64,000 nucleotides of DNA from Candidatus Acidiferrales bacterium (GTDB taxonomy: Bacteria > Acidobacteriota > Terriglobia > Acidiferrales > UBA7541): assembly GCA_049696975.1 (NCBI GenBank), contig JBAVUW010000134.1:841-64840 (forward strand), given 5' to 3'. Position 1 is the first letter of the stretch, and each line of letters opens with the position of its first letter. The notes below the pieces were generated by a model. That model ran no database searches, had not been told where the DNA came from, and was given only the letters and a program-made list of their open reading frames with translations. The translations under genes were made by a program, and so were the position numbers. Shown in pieces: positions 25,387 to 35,652 of the stretch.

Positions 25387-26573
25387 CCGTCGCAGACTCA
25401 ATTCGGCCGGTGATTGACCGGGTGCAGAAGCGCGCCGTGGTCGTGGGCGCCGTCGGCGTGATCGCTACGCTCGCGCTGGGCTCTCACGATTGGACGCAGT
25501 TTTTCCATTCCTACCTTTTTGCCTACGTCTATTGGATGGTTTTCGCGATGGGTTCTCTCGCGTTCCTCCAGCTGCACCATATGACCGGCGGCAAATGGGG
25601 CCTGCCGATCCGCCGTATCCTCGAAGCCGGATCGCGCACGATTCCCCTGATGTTCGTCCTTTGGCTGCCGCTGCTGGCCGGAATCAAGAAAATCTACCCC
25701 TGGGCCGCGAATCCGGAGATGTTGGGCGACGAGCCAGCGGGTCATTTCCGCCGCTTTTGGCTTCAACCCGGATTTTTCATCGTGCGCGCCTTCATCTACT
25801 TCGCAATCTGGAGCTTGCTCGCCTTCCTGCTCAACAAATGGTCGGCTGAGCAGGACCGCACCGCCGATGTTCGTCTGAAAGACAAAATGAGCAGCCTCGC
25901 TGCTCCCGGCACGGTTCTCTGGGCGATCACCTGGTCCTGGGCCATGGTCGATTGGGTCATGGCGATTGAACCCATGTGGTACTCCTCGATCTACGGCATG
26001 GTGTTTATGGTCGTCGCGTGCCTGGCCGCCATTTCCTTTGGCGTCGTCATGTTGCGCATGCTCGATGGCTACCAGCCGCTGCACGATTCCTATGAGCCCG
26101 CGCGGCTTAATGATATTGGCAACCTCATGCTGACGTTCACGCTCCTGTGGACCTACATGTCATTCTCGCAGTTCCTGATCATCTGGTCCGGAAATCTGAA
26201 GCAGGAAATCCCCTGGTACAAAGTTCGTGCATTTACCTCCTGGGGATACATCGCTGCGGCCTTGCTGATCTTGCATTTCTTCGTGCCGTTTTTCATCTTG
26301 TTGCAGCGCCGCGTCAAGCGCCGCCTCGAGCGCCTCTCGGTCCTGGCGTTCTGGATGCTGTTGATCTCGCTCGTCGACGTTTTCTGGCTCATCGTGCCGG
26401 CGTTCCCGAACCAGCGCACGGGCCCCCATGTTTCACCAGTCGACATTTGCGCGCTCGTCGGTATCGGCGGCATCTGGATTAGCGCGTACATGGCGCAGCT
26501 GAAAAAAATGCCGCTGTTGCCGCTGCACGATCCACGGTTTGAAGGTGTGTTGGAGCATTCGCATGGCGACTAA
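25383..26573 (+). CDS. actF: Alternative Complex III membrane subunit ActF
   Basis: 396-aa polytopic protein with HHMTGGKWG and IIWSGNL motifs of the ACIII quinone-binding subunit 2 family. Confidence 0.7.
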   Translation: MTVADSIRPVIDRVQKRAVVVGAVGVIATLALGSHDWTQFFHSYLFAYVYWMVFAMGSLAFLQLHHMTGGKWGLPIRRILEAGSRTIPLMFVLWLPLLAGIKKIYPWAANPEMLGDEPAGHFRRFWLQPGFFIVRAFIYFAIWSLLAFLLNKWSAEQDRTADVRLKDKMSSLAAPGTVLWAITWSWAMVDWVMAIEPMWYSSIYGMVFMVVACLAAISFGVVMLRMLDGYQPLHDSYEPARLNDIGNLMLTFTLLWTYMSFSQFLIIWSGNLKQEIPWYKVRAFTSWGYIAAALLILHFFVPFFILLQRRVKRRLERLSVLAFWMLLISLVDVFWLIVPAFPNQRTGPHVSPVDICALVGIGGIWISAYMAQLKKMPLLPLHDPRFEGVLEHSHGD

Positions 26574-27108
26574 ACACGGAGAGAAACACGACGTCCCCGT
26601 TGACTCAAGCGCGGGCTGGGAAAAGCGCGACGTCAACATCAAGGGACTGTTCATCTTCGCCTTTTGGATGGCGGTGGTGCTGCTCGTCACCATGGTCGGC
26701 ATGAATTTCGCGTTCAAGGCGTTCAAGGAAGCGTCTCCGATGGGGCCCACCCGGTCACCCGTGGTTCAGGAAGGCGAGCGCATGATTCCGACCGGTCCCC
26801 TGCTTCAGGTGCATCCGCACCAGGAGCTCAAGGACTATTGCGACGCGCAGCAGAAAGAAGTTTCAACGTACGGTTGGATCGATCAATCGAGCGGCGTGGT
26901 CCGCATTCCGGTCGATCGCGCCGAGGAAATGCTTTTGGCCAAGGGTTTGCCCGCGCGTTCCGCCGCCGACGCGGCCGCCGCCGGCGCTCCCATGATCGCT
27001 CCGCCCACAGTTGCGGGTGACACCGACGTCGAAGGCCAGTGTGGTTATCTGGCCGAGCCGACGCTCGCCGACAGAGAACGCGCTGAAGCCAAGGAAGGAG
27101 AAAAGTAA
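26563..27108 (+). CDS. single-pass membrane protein of unknown function, ACIII/oxidase-associated
   Basis: ATG 26563 overlaps the actF stop by 11 nt. It has one TM helix (LFIFAFWMAVVLLVTMVGMNFAF) and a soluble domain. I recognise no family. Confidence 0.45.
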   Translation: MATKHGEKHDVPVDSSAGWEKRDVNIKGLFIFAFWMAVVLLVTMVGMNFAFKAFKEASPMGPTRSPVVQEGERMIPTGPLLQVHPHQELKDYCDAQQKEVSTYGWIDQSSGVVRIPVDRAEEMLLAKGLPARSAADAAAAGAPMIAPPTVAGDTDVEGQCGYLAEPTLADRERAEAKEGEK

Positions 27109-27111
27109 ACA

Positions 27112-28026
27112 ATGAAGTTGCCATTCAACCCGGTCGAGTTCTCCGTGGTCAAGACGTGCCTGGCGGGCGCGGCGTTCGCCGCTCTATTGCTCGCGCATGC
27201 TTCACCGGCCGCGGCTCAATTCACCGACCCGACGCAGAACATCGGCGTCCGTCCCGAGCTGCTCCAGCAGGTCGGCATCGACCAGAAGCTCAATCATCAG
27301 GTTCCCCTCGACCTTACGTTCCGCGACGAGCATGGCGGCAGCGTCGAGCTGGGCCAAGCGTTCGCCGGCAAGCCCGTTGTGCTCACCCTGGTGTATTACA
27401 ACTGCCCGATGCTGTGCACCCAGGTGCTCAACGCACTCGATCGCAGCCTGGAATCGATGCCGCTTGAAATCGGAAAGGATTTCAACGTCGTTACGGTCAG
27501 CATCGACCCGACTGATCGCGCTCCGATGGCGGACGCCAAGCATGCCATGTACGCCGGGATGTACCAGGGCGCGACCGGCCGCACCGGCGCGCAGTATGGC
27601 TGGCATTTCCTCACCGGAGATGAACCTCAGATCAAGGCACTGGCTGACTCCGTCGGCTTTCGCTACGCCTACGATCCTGATTCCAAGCAGTACGCGCACG
27701 CCAGCGCGATTATGGTTCTCACCCCGGACGGCAAGGTCTCGAAATATTTTTACGGCGTCACCTACCCCGCGCGCGACCTGCGCCTCGGTCTGGTGGACGC
27801 CTCGCAGGAAAAAATCGGCACGGTCGCCGATCAGGTGCTTCTGTTCTGCTATCACTACGATCCGCACACCGGCAAGTACGGCCTGCTGATCTCCCGGGTG
27901 ATGCAATTGGGCGGCCTGGCGACGGTGGTGGTCGGTGGAATTTTTCTGATCATTTTGTTCCGGGGCGAGCATTACCAGCTGCCCCGCAAGACAGGACCTC
28001 AGAGCCTGGGCAAGTCCCGGGCGTGA
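27112..28026 (+). CDS. SCO1/SenC family copper chaperone
   Basis: Thioredoxin-like CPMLC (CxxxC) motif, a downstream His, N-terminal signal and C-terminal TM. Located directly upstream of the oxidase genes. Confidence 0.8.
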   Translation: MKLPFNPVEFSVVKTCLAGAAFAALLLAHASPAAAQFTDPTQNIGVRPELLQQVGIDQKLNHQVPLDLTFRDEHGGSVELGQAFAGKPVVLTLVYYNCPMLCTQVLNALDRSLESMPLEIGKDFNVVTVSIDPTDRAPMADAKHAMYAGMYQGATGRTGAQYGWHFLTGDEPQIKALADSVGFRYAYDPDSKQYAHASAIMVLTPDGKVSKYFYGVTYPARDLRLGLVDASQEKIGTVADQVLLFCYHYDPHTGKYGLLISRVMQLGGLATVVVGGIFLIILFRGEHYQLPRKTGPQSLGKSRA

Positions 28027-28045
28027 AAAGGATTGCGACGATACG

Positions 28046-29038
28046 GTGATGATGGGCTCCATTCAATCCGGCTTTGAGATGCTGGCGTTTCTGCAGGCGG
28101 GCGGCTTTCAGCCGCCCGCGGCGTCCACGATCGCCGACAGCGTCGATCAGCTCTACTACCTGCTAAGCGGCATCACCATCTTTTTCTCCGTCCTGATTTT
28201 CTCAATCATTTTTTACTTCATGCTGAAATACCGCCGAAAGGCGCCCGGCGAAGAGGGGACGGAAACCCACACGCCGATGTCGCTCGAGCTCACCTGGACG
28301 ATCATCCCGTCGCTCATCTGCGTCGTGCTGTTCGTGTGGTCCTCGAGCCTCTACGTGCGCAACGGCCGTCCGCCGGTGGCTTCCACCGAAATTTTCGTCA
28401 TCGGCAAGCAGTGGATGTGGCACCTGCAGCATCCCGAGGGTCCCCGCGAAATCAACGAGCTGCACGTCGCGGTGGGCGTGCCCGTGAAGCTCACCATGAC
28501 GTCGCAGGACGTGATTCACGATTTCTATATCCCCGCCTTCCGCGTGAAGAAGGACGTTCTGCCCGGCCGCTACTCCTCGATCTGGTTCCAGCCAACTGAG
28601 ACCGGCACGTTCCATCTCTTCTGCGCGCAATATTGCGGCACGAACCATTCCGAAATGGTCGGCTGGGTGTATGTCATGTCGCCCACCGACTACGCCACCT
28701 GGCTTGCGGGCGGTGAAAAGACGGAGTCGATGGCCCAGCAGGGCGGGCGCCTCTTCAGCCAGTTCGGCTGCGGCGATTGCCATTCGGGCGACGCGGCCGG
28801 CCGCGGACCCTCTCTGGCGGGAATTTACGGAAGGCCGGAGAAGACGGCGACCGGTGAAACGCGAGTGATGGATGAATCGATGATCCGCCAGGCGATCTAC
28901 AATCCGGGTTCTCTTCACGTGGCGGGCTATCAGGCGATCATGCCGACCTATGCGGGGCAGATCGACGAGGAACAGATGCTCCAGCTGATCGCCTACGTGA
29001 AGTCGCTCGGCGCGGAAGAAAGGATCAACGGCAAATGA
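28046..29038 (+). CDS. ctaC: cytochrome c oxidase subunit II with fused C-terminal cytochrome c (caa3 type)
   Basis: Two N-terminal TM helices, the CuA site HDFYIP...[12 protein letters not shown], and a C-terminal CGDCH heme c motif. Confidence 0.88.
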   Translation: MMMGSIQSGFEMLAFLQAGGFQPPAASTIADSVDQLYYLLSGITIFFSVLIFSIIFYFMLKYRRKAPGEEGTETHTPMSLELTWTIIPSLICVVLFVWSSSLYVRNGRPPVASTEIFVIGKQWMWHLQHPEGPREINELHVAVGVPVKLTMTSQDVIHDFYIPAFRVKKDVLPGRYSSIWFQPTETGTFHLFCAQYCGTNHSEMVGWVYVMSPTDYATWLAGGEKTESMAQQGGRLFSQFGCGDCHSGDAAGRGPSLAGIYGRPEKTATGETRVMDESMIRQAIYNPGSLHVAGYQAIMPTYAGQIDEEQMLQLIAYVKSLGAEERINGK

Positions 29039-30669
29039 GTACGGCAGTCGCGGAACTCCACGAAGCCCCTACCGAATCGCGCGTCAATTATCTCAACGCG
29101 ACCTACGGCATCCGGTCCTGGCTGCTCACGCTGGACCACAAGCGCATCGGACTTCTCTACCTGGGATCGATCACGCTCATGTTTTTCGTCGGCGGCATGG
29201 CCGCGGTGCTCATGCGCCTGCACCTCACCGAGCCGCAGGGCGCCCTGTTCGAGCCGGAAACCTATAACAAGATGTTCTCGACGCACGGGATCATTATGGT
29301 GTTTTTCTTCCTGGTGCCATCGATTCCCGCGACGCTCGGCAATTTCCTGATCCCGTTGATGATCGGCGCACGCGACGTAGCCTTCCCCAAGCTCAACCTG
29401 ATGAGCTGGTACATTTTCATCACCGGTGCGTCACTGGCACTCTACGCCACGCTTTCCGGCGGCGTCGACACGGGCTGGACGTTCTATCCGCCCTACAGCA
29501 GCACGTATTCCCATACCAACGTCACCATCGTGGCGCTCGGCGTCTTCGTCGCCGGATTTTCCTCCATCCTCACCGGCTTGAATTTCATCGTCACCATCCA
29601 CAAAATGCGTGCCCCGGGGATGACCTGGTTCCGCCTGCCGCTCTTCATCTGGGCCCTCTACGCCACGAGCTTGATTTTTGTTCTCGGCACTCCGGTCATC
29701 GCCATCACGCTCTTCCTGCTCGGCATGGAACGCATCCTGCACGTCGGCATCTTCGATCCGGCCGTGGGCGGCGATCCCCTGCTGTTTCAGCACCTTTTCT
29801 GGTTCTATTCGCACCCCGCCGTGTACATCATGATTCTGCCGGGCATGGGCGTGGTCAGCGAGCTGATTACCGCGTTTTCGCGCAAGAAAATTTTCGGCTA
29901 CGCCTTCGTCGCGTTTTCGAGCTTGTCCATTGCGATCATCAGCTTCGTCGTCTGGGGCCACCACATGTTCGTCACCGGCCAGTCGATCTACGCCGGCCTG
30001 GTGTTCTCGGTCCTGAGCTTCCTGGTGGCGATTCCCTCGGCGGTCAAAGTTTTCAACTGGACCGCCACGCTGTACAAAGGCTCGATCTCTTACGAAGCGC
30101 CGATGCTCTACGCTCTCGGCTTCATCGGTCTGTTCACCATCGGCGGCCTCACCGGCCTGTTCCTGGCATCGCTTGCCACGGACGTGCATTTGAACGGCAC
30201 CTACTTCATCGTCGCCCACTTCCATTACGTCATGGTCGGCGGCGCGGTCATGGCCTATATGGGCGGCCTGCATTTCTGGTGGCCGAAGATCACCGGGCGG
30301 CTTTATCCCGATCTCTGGGCGCGCATCGCTGCGGCGATTATCTTCCTCGGGTTCAACCTCACGTTCTTCCCGCAATTCGTGCTCGGCTATCTGGGGATGC
30401 CGCGCCGCTATGCGATTTACCCGCAGGAATTTCAGGTGCTCAACGTGATGTCGTCGGCCGGCGCTTCGATTCTGGGCATCGGCTACCTGATCCCGCTGAT
30501 CTATCTGATCTGGTCGATGCGCTATGGGCCGCCGGCAGGACCGAATCCCTGGGGCGCCAAGGGTCTCGAATGGACGATTCAATCGCCGCCCTTGACCGAA
30601 AATTTTGAGACGATTCCGGTCGTCACCGAAGAGGCCTACAACTACGGCTCAGGAGCCAGCAGTGTCTGA
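29035..30669 (+). CDS. ctaD: cytochrome c oxidase subunit I
   Basis: Heme-copper oxidase signature regions ([29 protein letters not shown]). Length 544 aa. Confidence 0.95.
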   Translation: MSTAVAELHEAPTESRVNYLNATYGIRSWLLTLDHKRIGLLYLGSITLMFFVGGMAAVLMRLHLTEPQGALFEPETYNKMFSTHGIIMVFFFLVPSIPATLGNFLIPLMIGARDVAFPKLNLMSWYIFITGASLALYATLSGGVDTGWTFYPPYSSTYSHTNVTIVALGVFVAGFSSILTGLNFIVTIHKMRAPGMTWFRLPLFIWALYATSLIFVLGTPVIAITLFLLGMERILHVGIFDPAVGGDPLLFQHLFWFYSHPAVYIMILPGMGVVSELITAFSRKKIFGYAFVAFSSLSIAIISFVVWGHHMFVTGQSIYAGLVFSVLSFLVAIPSAVKVFNWTATLYKGSISYEAPMLYALGFIGLFTIGGLTGLFLASLATDVHLNGTYFIVAHFHYVMVGGAVMAYMGGLHFWWPKITGRLYPDLWARIAAAIIFLGFNLTFFPQFVLGYLGMPRRYAIYPQEFQVLNVMSSAGASILGIGYLIPLIYLIWSMRYGPPAGPNPWGAKGLEWTIQSPPLTENFETIPVVTEEAYNYGSGASSV

Positions 30670-31330
30670 ACTAGCCCACGGCGCGCATCCGCAGGGATTC
30701 GCGCACCAATTCGAGGACATCGACCAGCAGCGCGATGCCGGCCGTCTGGGCATGTGGGTGTTCCTGGTCACCGAGATTCTGTTCTTCGGCGGCATGTTCA
30801 CGTCCTACATCATCTACCGCTTGCTGCACCTTCCTTCTTTTGTGCAGGGCAGCCACCAGCTGGTCGTCAAATTCGGCGCCACCAACACGGCCGTCCTGAT
30901 CTTCAGCAGCTTGACCATGGCTCTGGCCATCCGCTCCGCGCAGACCGGCAGGAAAAAGGGAACGATCATCTTCTGGCTGATCCTCACGATGATCCTGGGA
31001 GCGGCCTTCATCGCGATCAAGCTGCGCTTTGAATGGTATCGGGATTGGACGGAAGGTTTGATCCCCGGCGTACACTGGTTTTACAACGGTCCGCACGCGC
31101 CCGGCGTGAAGATGTTCATGTGCTTCTACTTCTTCATGACCGGATTGCACGCCGTGCACATGGTTGTGGGCCTCGGCATCCTGACCGTGCTCGTGATCAT
31201 GACCGCGCGCAACAGGTTTTCGTCCGAGTATTACCAGCCGCTCGAGATCAGCGGCCTGTACTGGCACTTCGTCGATATCGTCTGGATTTTTCTTTTCCCG
31301 CTGCTCTATCTGATCGGCGGGCGGTACTAA
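30662..31330 (+). CDS. ctaE: cytochrome c oxidase subunit III
   Basis: [14 protein letters not shown] and [14 protein letters not shown] motifs. Start set at GTG 30662, which overlaps the ctaD stop by 8 nt; the ORF-track start at 30605 is also possible. Confidence 0.83.
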   Translation: MSELAHGAHPQGFAHQFEDIDQQRDAGRLGMWVFLVTEILFFGGMFTSYIIYRLLHLPSFVQGSHQLVVKFGATNTAVLIFSSLTMALAIRSAQTGRKKGTIIFWLILTMILGAAFIAIKLRFEWYRDWTEGLIPGVHWFYNGPHAPGVKMFMCFYFFMTGLHAVHMVVGLGILTVLVIMTARNRFSSEYYQPLEISGLYWHFVDIVWIFLFPLLYLIGGRY

Positions 31331-31345
31331 CGGGAGCGGCAAGCG

Positions 31346-31717
31346 ATGTCCGATCACAACGAACACGGGACCTCGGGACACGTTGTTCCGATCAGCACCT
31401 ACCTAGCAGTTTTTGTCGCCTTGATGTTCGGCACGGGTCTCACCACCTGGATCGCCTACATCGACCTCGGCCAATGGAACACCGTCGTTGCGCTCGTGAT
31501 CGCCTTCTGCAAAATGATCCTGGTCGTGCTTTTCTTCATGCACGTGAAATATGCCACCGGCCTCACCCGCGTGGTCATCATCGCCGGCTTCTTCTGGCTT
31601 GCCATCATGATCACGCTGTCCTGCTCGGATGAACTCACCCGCACCTGGGAAATCGTTCCGCAAGGCTGGCTCGGCAACGGCAGCATGATCCTTCCGCTGA
31701 TTTCCCGCTGGTTCTAG
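31346..31717 (+). CDS. cytochrome c oxidase subunit IV family small membrane protein
   Basis: 123 aa with three hydrophobic helices and an AxxKxxLVVLFFMH motif typical of the prokaryotic subunit IV family. Confidence 0.68.
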   Translation: MSDHNEHGTSGHVVPISTYLAVFVALMFGTGLTTWIAYIDLGQWNTVVALVIAFCKMILVVLFFMHVKYATGLTRVVIIAGFFWLAIMITLSCSDELTRTWEIVPQGWLGNGSMILPLISRWF

Positions 31718-31997
31718 GCTTCCTCTTGGCACCGTCATATCCGCGATTCCCATTCCGGGAGCGGGAAGCGCAAATTTCGTAGCTTTCTCGCTAAAACGCT
31801 CGGCCGCAGTCGCAGCTCGCCGCGGTCGGGATGGGGCTTCTATCCAAGCGCGCCTCGCGACCGGGAACAACGATCGACGAGTGCTTCGATTGTCCGGATT
31901 GGAAATGGCCGAATCCGGCCGGAAACGAACGAGCGGGCACCGTCTGATCGCCGAAAAATCGGGAAGTTGCTTCGGAGGAGTTTTCCCGGCGCCGCCG

Positions 31998-33770
31998 TCA
32001 CATCCACTTGTCGACGCTGAAGCTGCGGCCGTAGTTCATATTCGCGACCTGGAAGAAGGCGTTGGTTTGGCCGCCGCAGACGACGAGTTCGATGTTTTCG
32101 GCGCGGGGGAACAAGGGGATCGGCGCATCGTCGGGCAGTTTCCACCAGCTGGCCATGGGCTCTTCGCCTTTCAGCGCGCGCGGGTAGAGCCAGACGTGCG
32201 CGAGGAACGACTCCCGATATTCCTTGGCCGTGACCGTATAGTTCTTGAAGAGATACTGCTGCAGTTTTTCCTTTGTGTCGTAGCCCTGTTCGACGAGACC
32301 ATTCACGGTGAGTGGATCGAGCACCACAAGACAGTTGTACATGCGCGCGAGCGTGGGCAGCATGCTGCCGATCTGCTCGTCGAATTTGGGTTCGAGCGCG
32401 CCCGCGCCCTTCGCGCCGTGGCCCATGCGCATGTCCCAGCCGGCAAACACACTGACGACGTTCTCCTCGGGCTTGAATCCCTTTTGCACGTGCAGGGGGG
32501 TCCATTTGCTGCTTTTTTCGTCTTCCGCGATGACGCAGTTGTTGTAGTTGAGATTGTTGCCCTGGCCTCCCCAGTACGTCTGGCCGGGAATCGAGCCGGG
32601 TCCGAGATTTTTTCCGAGCAGCGACCAAGCGCGGCCGATCGTCGCGTTCGGTTGTGCGAATCCGCTCAGTGCGCCGATGCCATAATTCATGTTGAGCTTG
32701 TCGCGGATGGGCCCGTTAATCACCATCGCGTAGCCGAACGACGTGGTGGATCCGCCGAGCGCGAGCTCGCCGGACGCCGCGAGAGCAAGCACGATCGGGA
32801 AACAGGAAGGATCGCATCCGGCCATCACCGCGTTCACGGCGACCTGCTTCACGGTGTATTCGTAGGCGCCGTTGGCGGTGCGGCCGGCGCGCCCGACGAC
32901 CTCGTCCGGCTTGTGGCTGGTGCCTTTCAGCATCTCCGCCACTTTCGCCTCGGTGGGCACGACGATCGGCATGTAATCCGTCATCTGGTTGTTCATGAAA
33001 TAGGCTTGAAGATTGTCGAGCGTGTCCGGACCGAACGTCGCCGGGCCGGGGGACACGGGTTGGAGGCCCGTTTTCTCGTCCTCCGCAGTGAGGGGCGCGG
33101 TCAGTCCGGCGATCACTTCCTTCATGAACGGCTGATGGCTGACGGGATCGCTGGTGTCCAGAAACGCCCGGACCTGATCACCGGTCAGTCCCCAGATCGG
33201 GTGCACGGTGTAGGCGATGCGGAGCGTGGGCATGCCGCGCTGCGCCGCCGTCGATTTCGCGAGATCGACATACGCCTTGGTGATGATCGGCACGCTGGGG
33301 ACGCCCATCTTTTCCATCGTTACGCAGTGACTCACGGTCGCTGGGGTGCAGCCGCCTCAATGCCCAATGGCCATGATGCAGGCGGCTGCATTGGCCTTGA
33401 TCTCCGCCCACAGCTTCGGATCGTCCTCCGGATAGGTACCGGCTTTCTTGCGCGAGACGGTGGTGACGCTCGGCATGTTCTGTTTCATCCAGGCTTCCAC
33501 TTCGCGGATCATCACGTCGGCGGCCATGAAGCCGGTATCGACGAGATAGACCGTCTTGCCGTCGAGGTTGGTGATCGTGCGGGGCGCCATGGCGAAGCGC
33601 ATCACCGGAGGCGGCGTGCCTTTTGGGGTGAGCGCGACAAATTTCGGGTCGGGGGGTGTGGCTGGCGCGGTGTCTTTTTTGTGCTTGTCGCCCGCTGCGG
33701 ACGCGTTCGATGTGGCTAGAAGCGCTGGAGATACGCCTATTAAGGACAGCAGCCTACGGCGATTGATCAT
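31998..33770 (-). CDS. candidate Tat-leader selenoprotein (590 aa if TGA 33357-33359 is read as Sec; H-U-G-G-C motif), function unknown
   Basis: Two ORFs share one frame and are separated by one TGA. A purine-rich SD precedes only the upstream ATG at 33770. The leader is MINRRRLLSLIGVSPALLATSNASA. The junction sequence AIGH-U-GGCTPATVSHC is continuous. A hairpin lies 13 nt after the TGA. Confidence 0.5.
33325..33343 (-). promoter_or_regulatory. candidate SECIS-like hairpin downstream of in-frame UGA
   Basis: mRNA CAGCGAC-CGUGA-GUCACUG forms a 7-bp stem with one C.A mismatch and a GU-containing 5-nt loop. It starts 13 nt after the UGA. The stem is weak and was found by eye only. Confidence 0.25.
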
Positions 33771-33883
33771 TCCTTCCCCCTGGGCCGACTCTTACGACCG
33801 TCAACTTTAATGGGGCGCTCGGGAAAAGGCAACTGCGGGTCGAACAATTGTGTAGAAAGGCTTGGCCGCGGAGACGCCGAGCG

Positions 33884-35104
33884 CTAGGTGGCGCGGAAGG
33901 CTACTACGGCGTTTAGACCGCCGAAGGCGAAGGAGTTCGAGAGAGCGGCGGCTACTTTCTGTTCGCGGGGCTTGTTCGGGATGTAGTCCAGGTCGCATTC
34001 GGGATCGGCTTCGGTGAAATTTGCGGTCGGCGGCAGGATGCCGTGATAGAGCGCGAGAATCGTGGCGATGGCCTCGAGCGCGCCGGCGGCGCCAAGCGCG
34101 TGGCCGTGCATGGATTTTGTCGAGCTGACAGCGAGTTTCTTCGCGTGCGCGCCGAAGACTTCGTGGATTGCCTTTGTTTCTACGGGATCGTTGCCCGCGG
34201 TGCCGGTGCCGTGGGCATTGATGTAGCCGATTTCTTCGGGCGCGATACCGCTCTCGCGCAGGGCGCCGCGCATGGCGCGCGCGGGACCGTCGATGGTCGG
34301 CTGCGTGAGGTGATGCGCGTCAGATGTCATGCCCATGCCGCAGACCTCGGCGTAGATTTTCGCGCCGCGCGCGCGGGCCGAATCCATGGGCTCGAGAATC
34401 ATCATCGCGCCGCCTTCACCGAGAATCATACCGCGACGATCCTTGCTGAACGGACGGCAGGTGTCCGGAGCGACCACGCGCATCGCCTCCCACGCTTTCA
34501 GCATGCCGATGGTGAAGAACGCCTCGGCGCCGCCGGTGACGGCAAGATCGGCATCGCTGTCGCGCACCAGCCGAAACGCCTGGCCGATCGCGTGGTTCGC
34601 CGAAGAGCACGCAGTGGAAACGGTATAAACCGGACCGGCCAGCCCGAGATCCATCGAAATGTGGCTCGCGCCGGCGTTGGCCATGGTCTTGGGGATTGTG
34701 AGCGGATGAACGCGGCCCCGGCCCTGAACCCACAAATCCTCGAATCCGGATTCGATGGCCGCCTGTCCGCCAACGGCGGAGCCGCAAACGATCGCGGCGT
34801 TTTTCTTCTGTTCGGCAGTGAGCTCGAGTTGGGAATCGCGGAAGGCTTCGCGCGCGGCGACCACGGAGAATTGCGCGAAGCGGTCGAGCTGCGCGTCCTT
34901 GCCGCCGACAAAATGCTTCAGCGGGTCGAAGCCCCGGACCTGCGCGCCGTTCGGCATTTTCAGGCCGACGCCGGCTACGTCAGGCACCTGCAGCGGACCG
35001 ATGCCGGAACGGCCTTCGGAGAGAGATCTCCAGTTTTCGGAGAGATCCAGTCCCAGCGCTGAAATGATTCCCAGCCCGGTGATGGCGACGCGGCGCGGGG
35101 CCAT
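33884..35104 (-). CDS. beta-ketoacyl-ACP synthase II family (second, dedicated copy)
   Basis: Active-site Cys (VSTACSSANHAIG) and both His motifs (NAHGTGT, SMHGHALGAAG). Length 406 aa. Confidence 0.88.
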   Translation of the reverse strand: MAPRRVAITGLGIISALGLDLSENWRSLSEGRSGIGPLQVPDVAGVGLKMPNGAQVRGFDPLKHFVGGKDAQLDRFAQFSVVAAREAFRDSQLELTAEQKKNAAIVCGSAVGGQAAIESGFEDLWVQGRGRVHPLTIPKTMANAGASHISMDLGLAGPVYTVSTACSSANHAIGQAFRLVRDSDADLAVTGGAEAFFTIGMLKAWEAMRVVAPDTCRPFSKDRRGMILGEGGAMMILEPMDSARARGAKIYAEVCGMGMTSDAHHLTQPTIDGPARAMRGALRESGIAPEEIGYINAHGTGTAGNDPVETKAIHEVFGAHAKKLAVSSTKSMHGHALGAAGALEAIATILALYHGILPPTANFTEADPECDLDYIPNKPREQKVAAALSNSFAFGGLNAVVAFRAT

Positions 35105-35107
35105 CCG

Positions 35108-35389
35108 TTAGACCGCCGGGCTGGCCGAGCCGGTTGCGGCGCTGGGTGGAGCGGCGGCAATGATCTTCTTGATGCCCACCACGATGTCGTTGACGGTCTT
35201 GATGGAGCGGACGTCGTCGTCGGGAATCGAAATCTTGAAAGCGTTTTCGAGTTCAAACAGCAGTGTGAAGACGTCGAGGGAGTCGATGCCCATTTCCTGG
35301 AGGTTCGAGTCGATGGTGATGCCGTCCGCCGGGATGCGTTTCACGGACGCGAGTGTGGCGATTACCTTGTCTGCGACTTCATCGGCCAT
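35108..35389 (-). CDS. acyl carrier protein (divergent, with Ala/Pro/Ser tail)
   Basis: 93 aa with the phosphopantetheine site GIDSLD. Located 3 nt upstream of the KAS gene. Confidence 0.8.
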   Translation of the reverse strand: MADEVADKVIATLASVKRIPADGITIDSNLQEMGIDSLDVFTLLFELENAFKISIPDDDVRSIKTVNDIVVGIKKIIAAAPPSAATGSASPAV

Positions 35390-35652
35390 CGATTGAGCCC
35401 CCGTCGGTCACGCGCGGCGCGCTGAGGAACGAGCCTCGCCGCAGGTTTTGTTGCGCTTCCCTGAAGTTGCGCTTGTATCGGTAAAAGCTAGCCCACGGCA
35501 CGCAAGAAAGCAAATTCTAGCAGGACTGCCGGGCCGTTGGGGGCCTTTTTGCGGGCGCGCCGCAGGTGCTGGGGGCCGGGGAACGACAGTCTGTATGGCA
35601 TAATAACGAATACGAAAAGCGGGGAGGCGGGCTCCTGGATTTCGTCAAAACT

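Noticed and set aside
31894-31918. Hairpin CCGGATT-N11-AATCCGG between the oxidase subunit IV gene and the end of the selenoprotein candidate
   Set aside because: The stem is only 7 bp and AT-containing, the loop is 11 nt, and there is no U-tract on either strand. It is not convincing as an intrinsic terminator.
31998-33335. Treating the 445-aa ORF as an independent gene starting at GTG 33335
   Set aside because: This is possible but disfavoured. There is no SD-like sequence before the GTG or the next ATGs. It is in the same frame as the upstream ORF, with only one TGA between them. The peptide sequence is continuous across the junction and forms a U/CxxC motif. The GTG lies inside the putative SECIS loop. 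It is kept as the alternative hypothesis in the finding.
31881-33719. 612-aa ORF on the plus strand
   Set aside because: It is antisense to the candidate selenoprotein gene. It is Arg/Gly/His-rich with no domain signature. The minus-strand reading has a signal peptide, an SD and coherent globular-domain composition.
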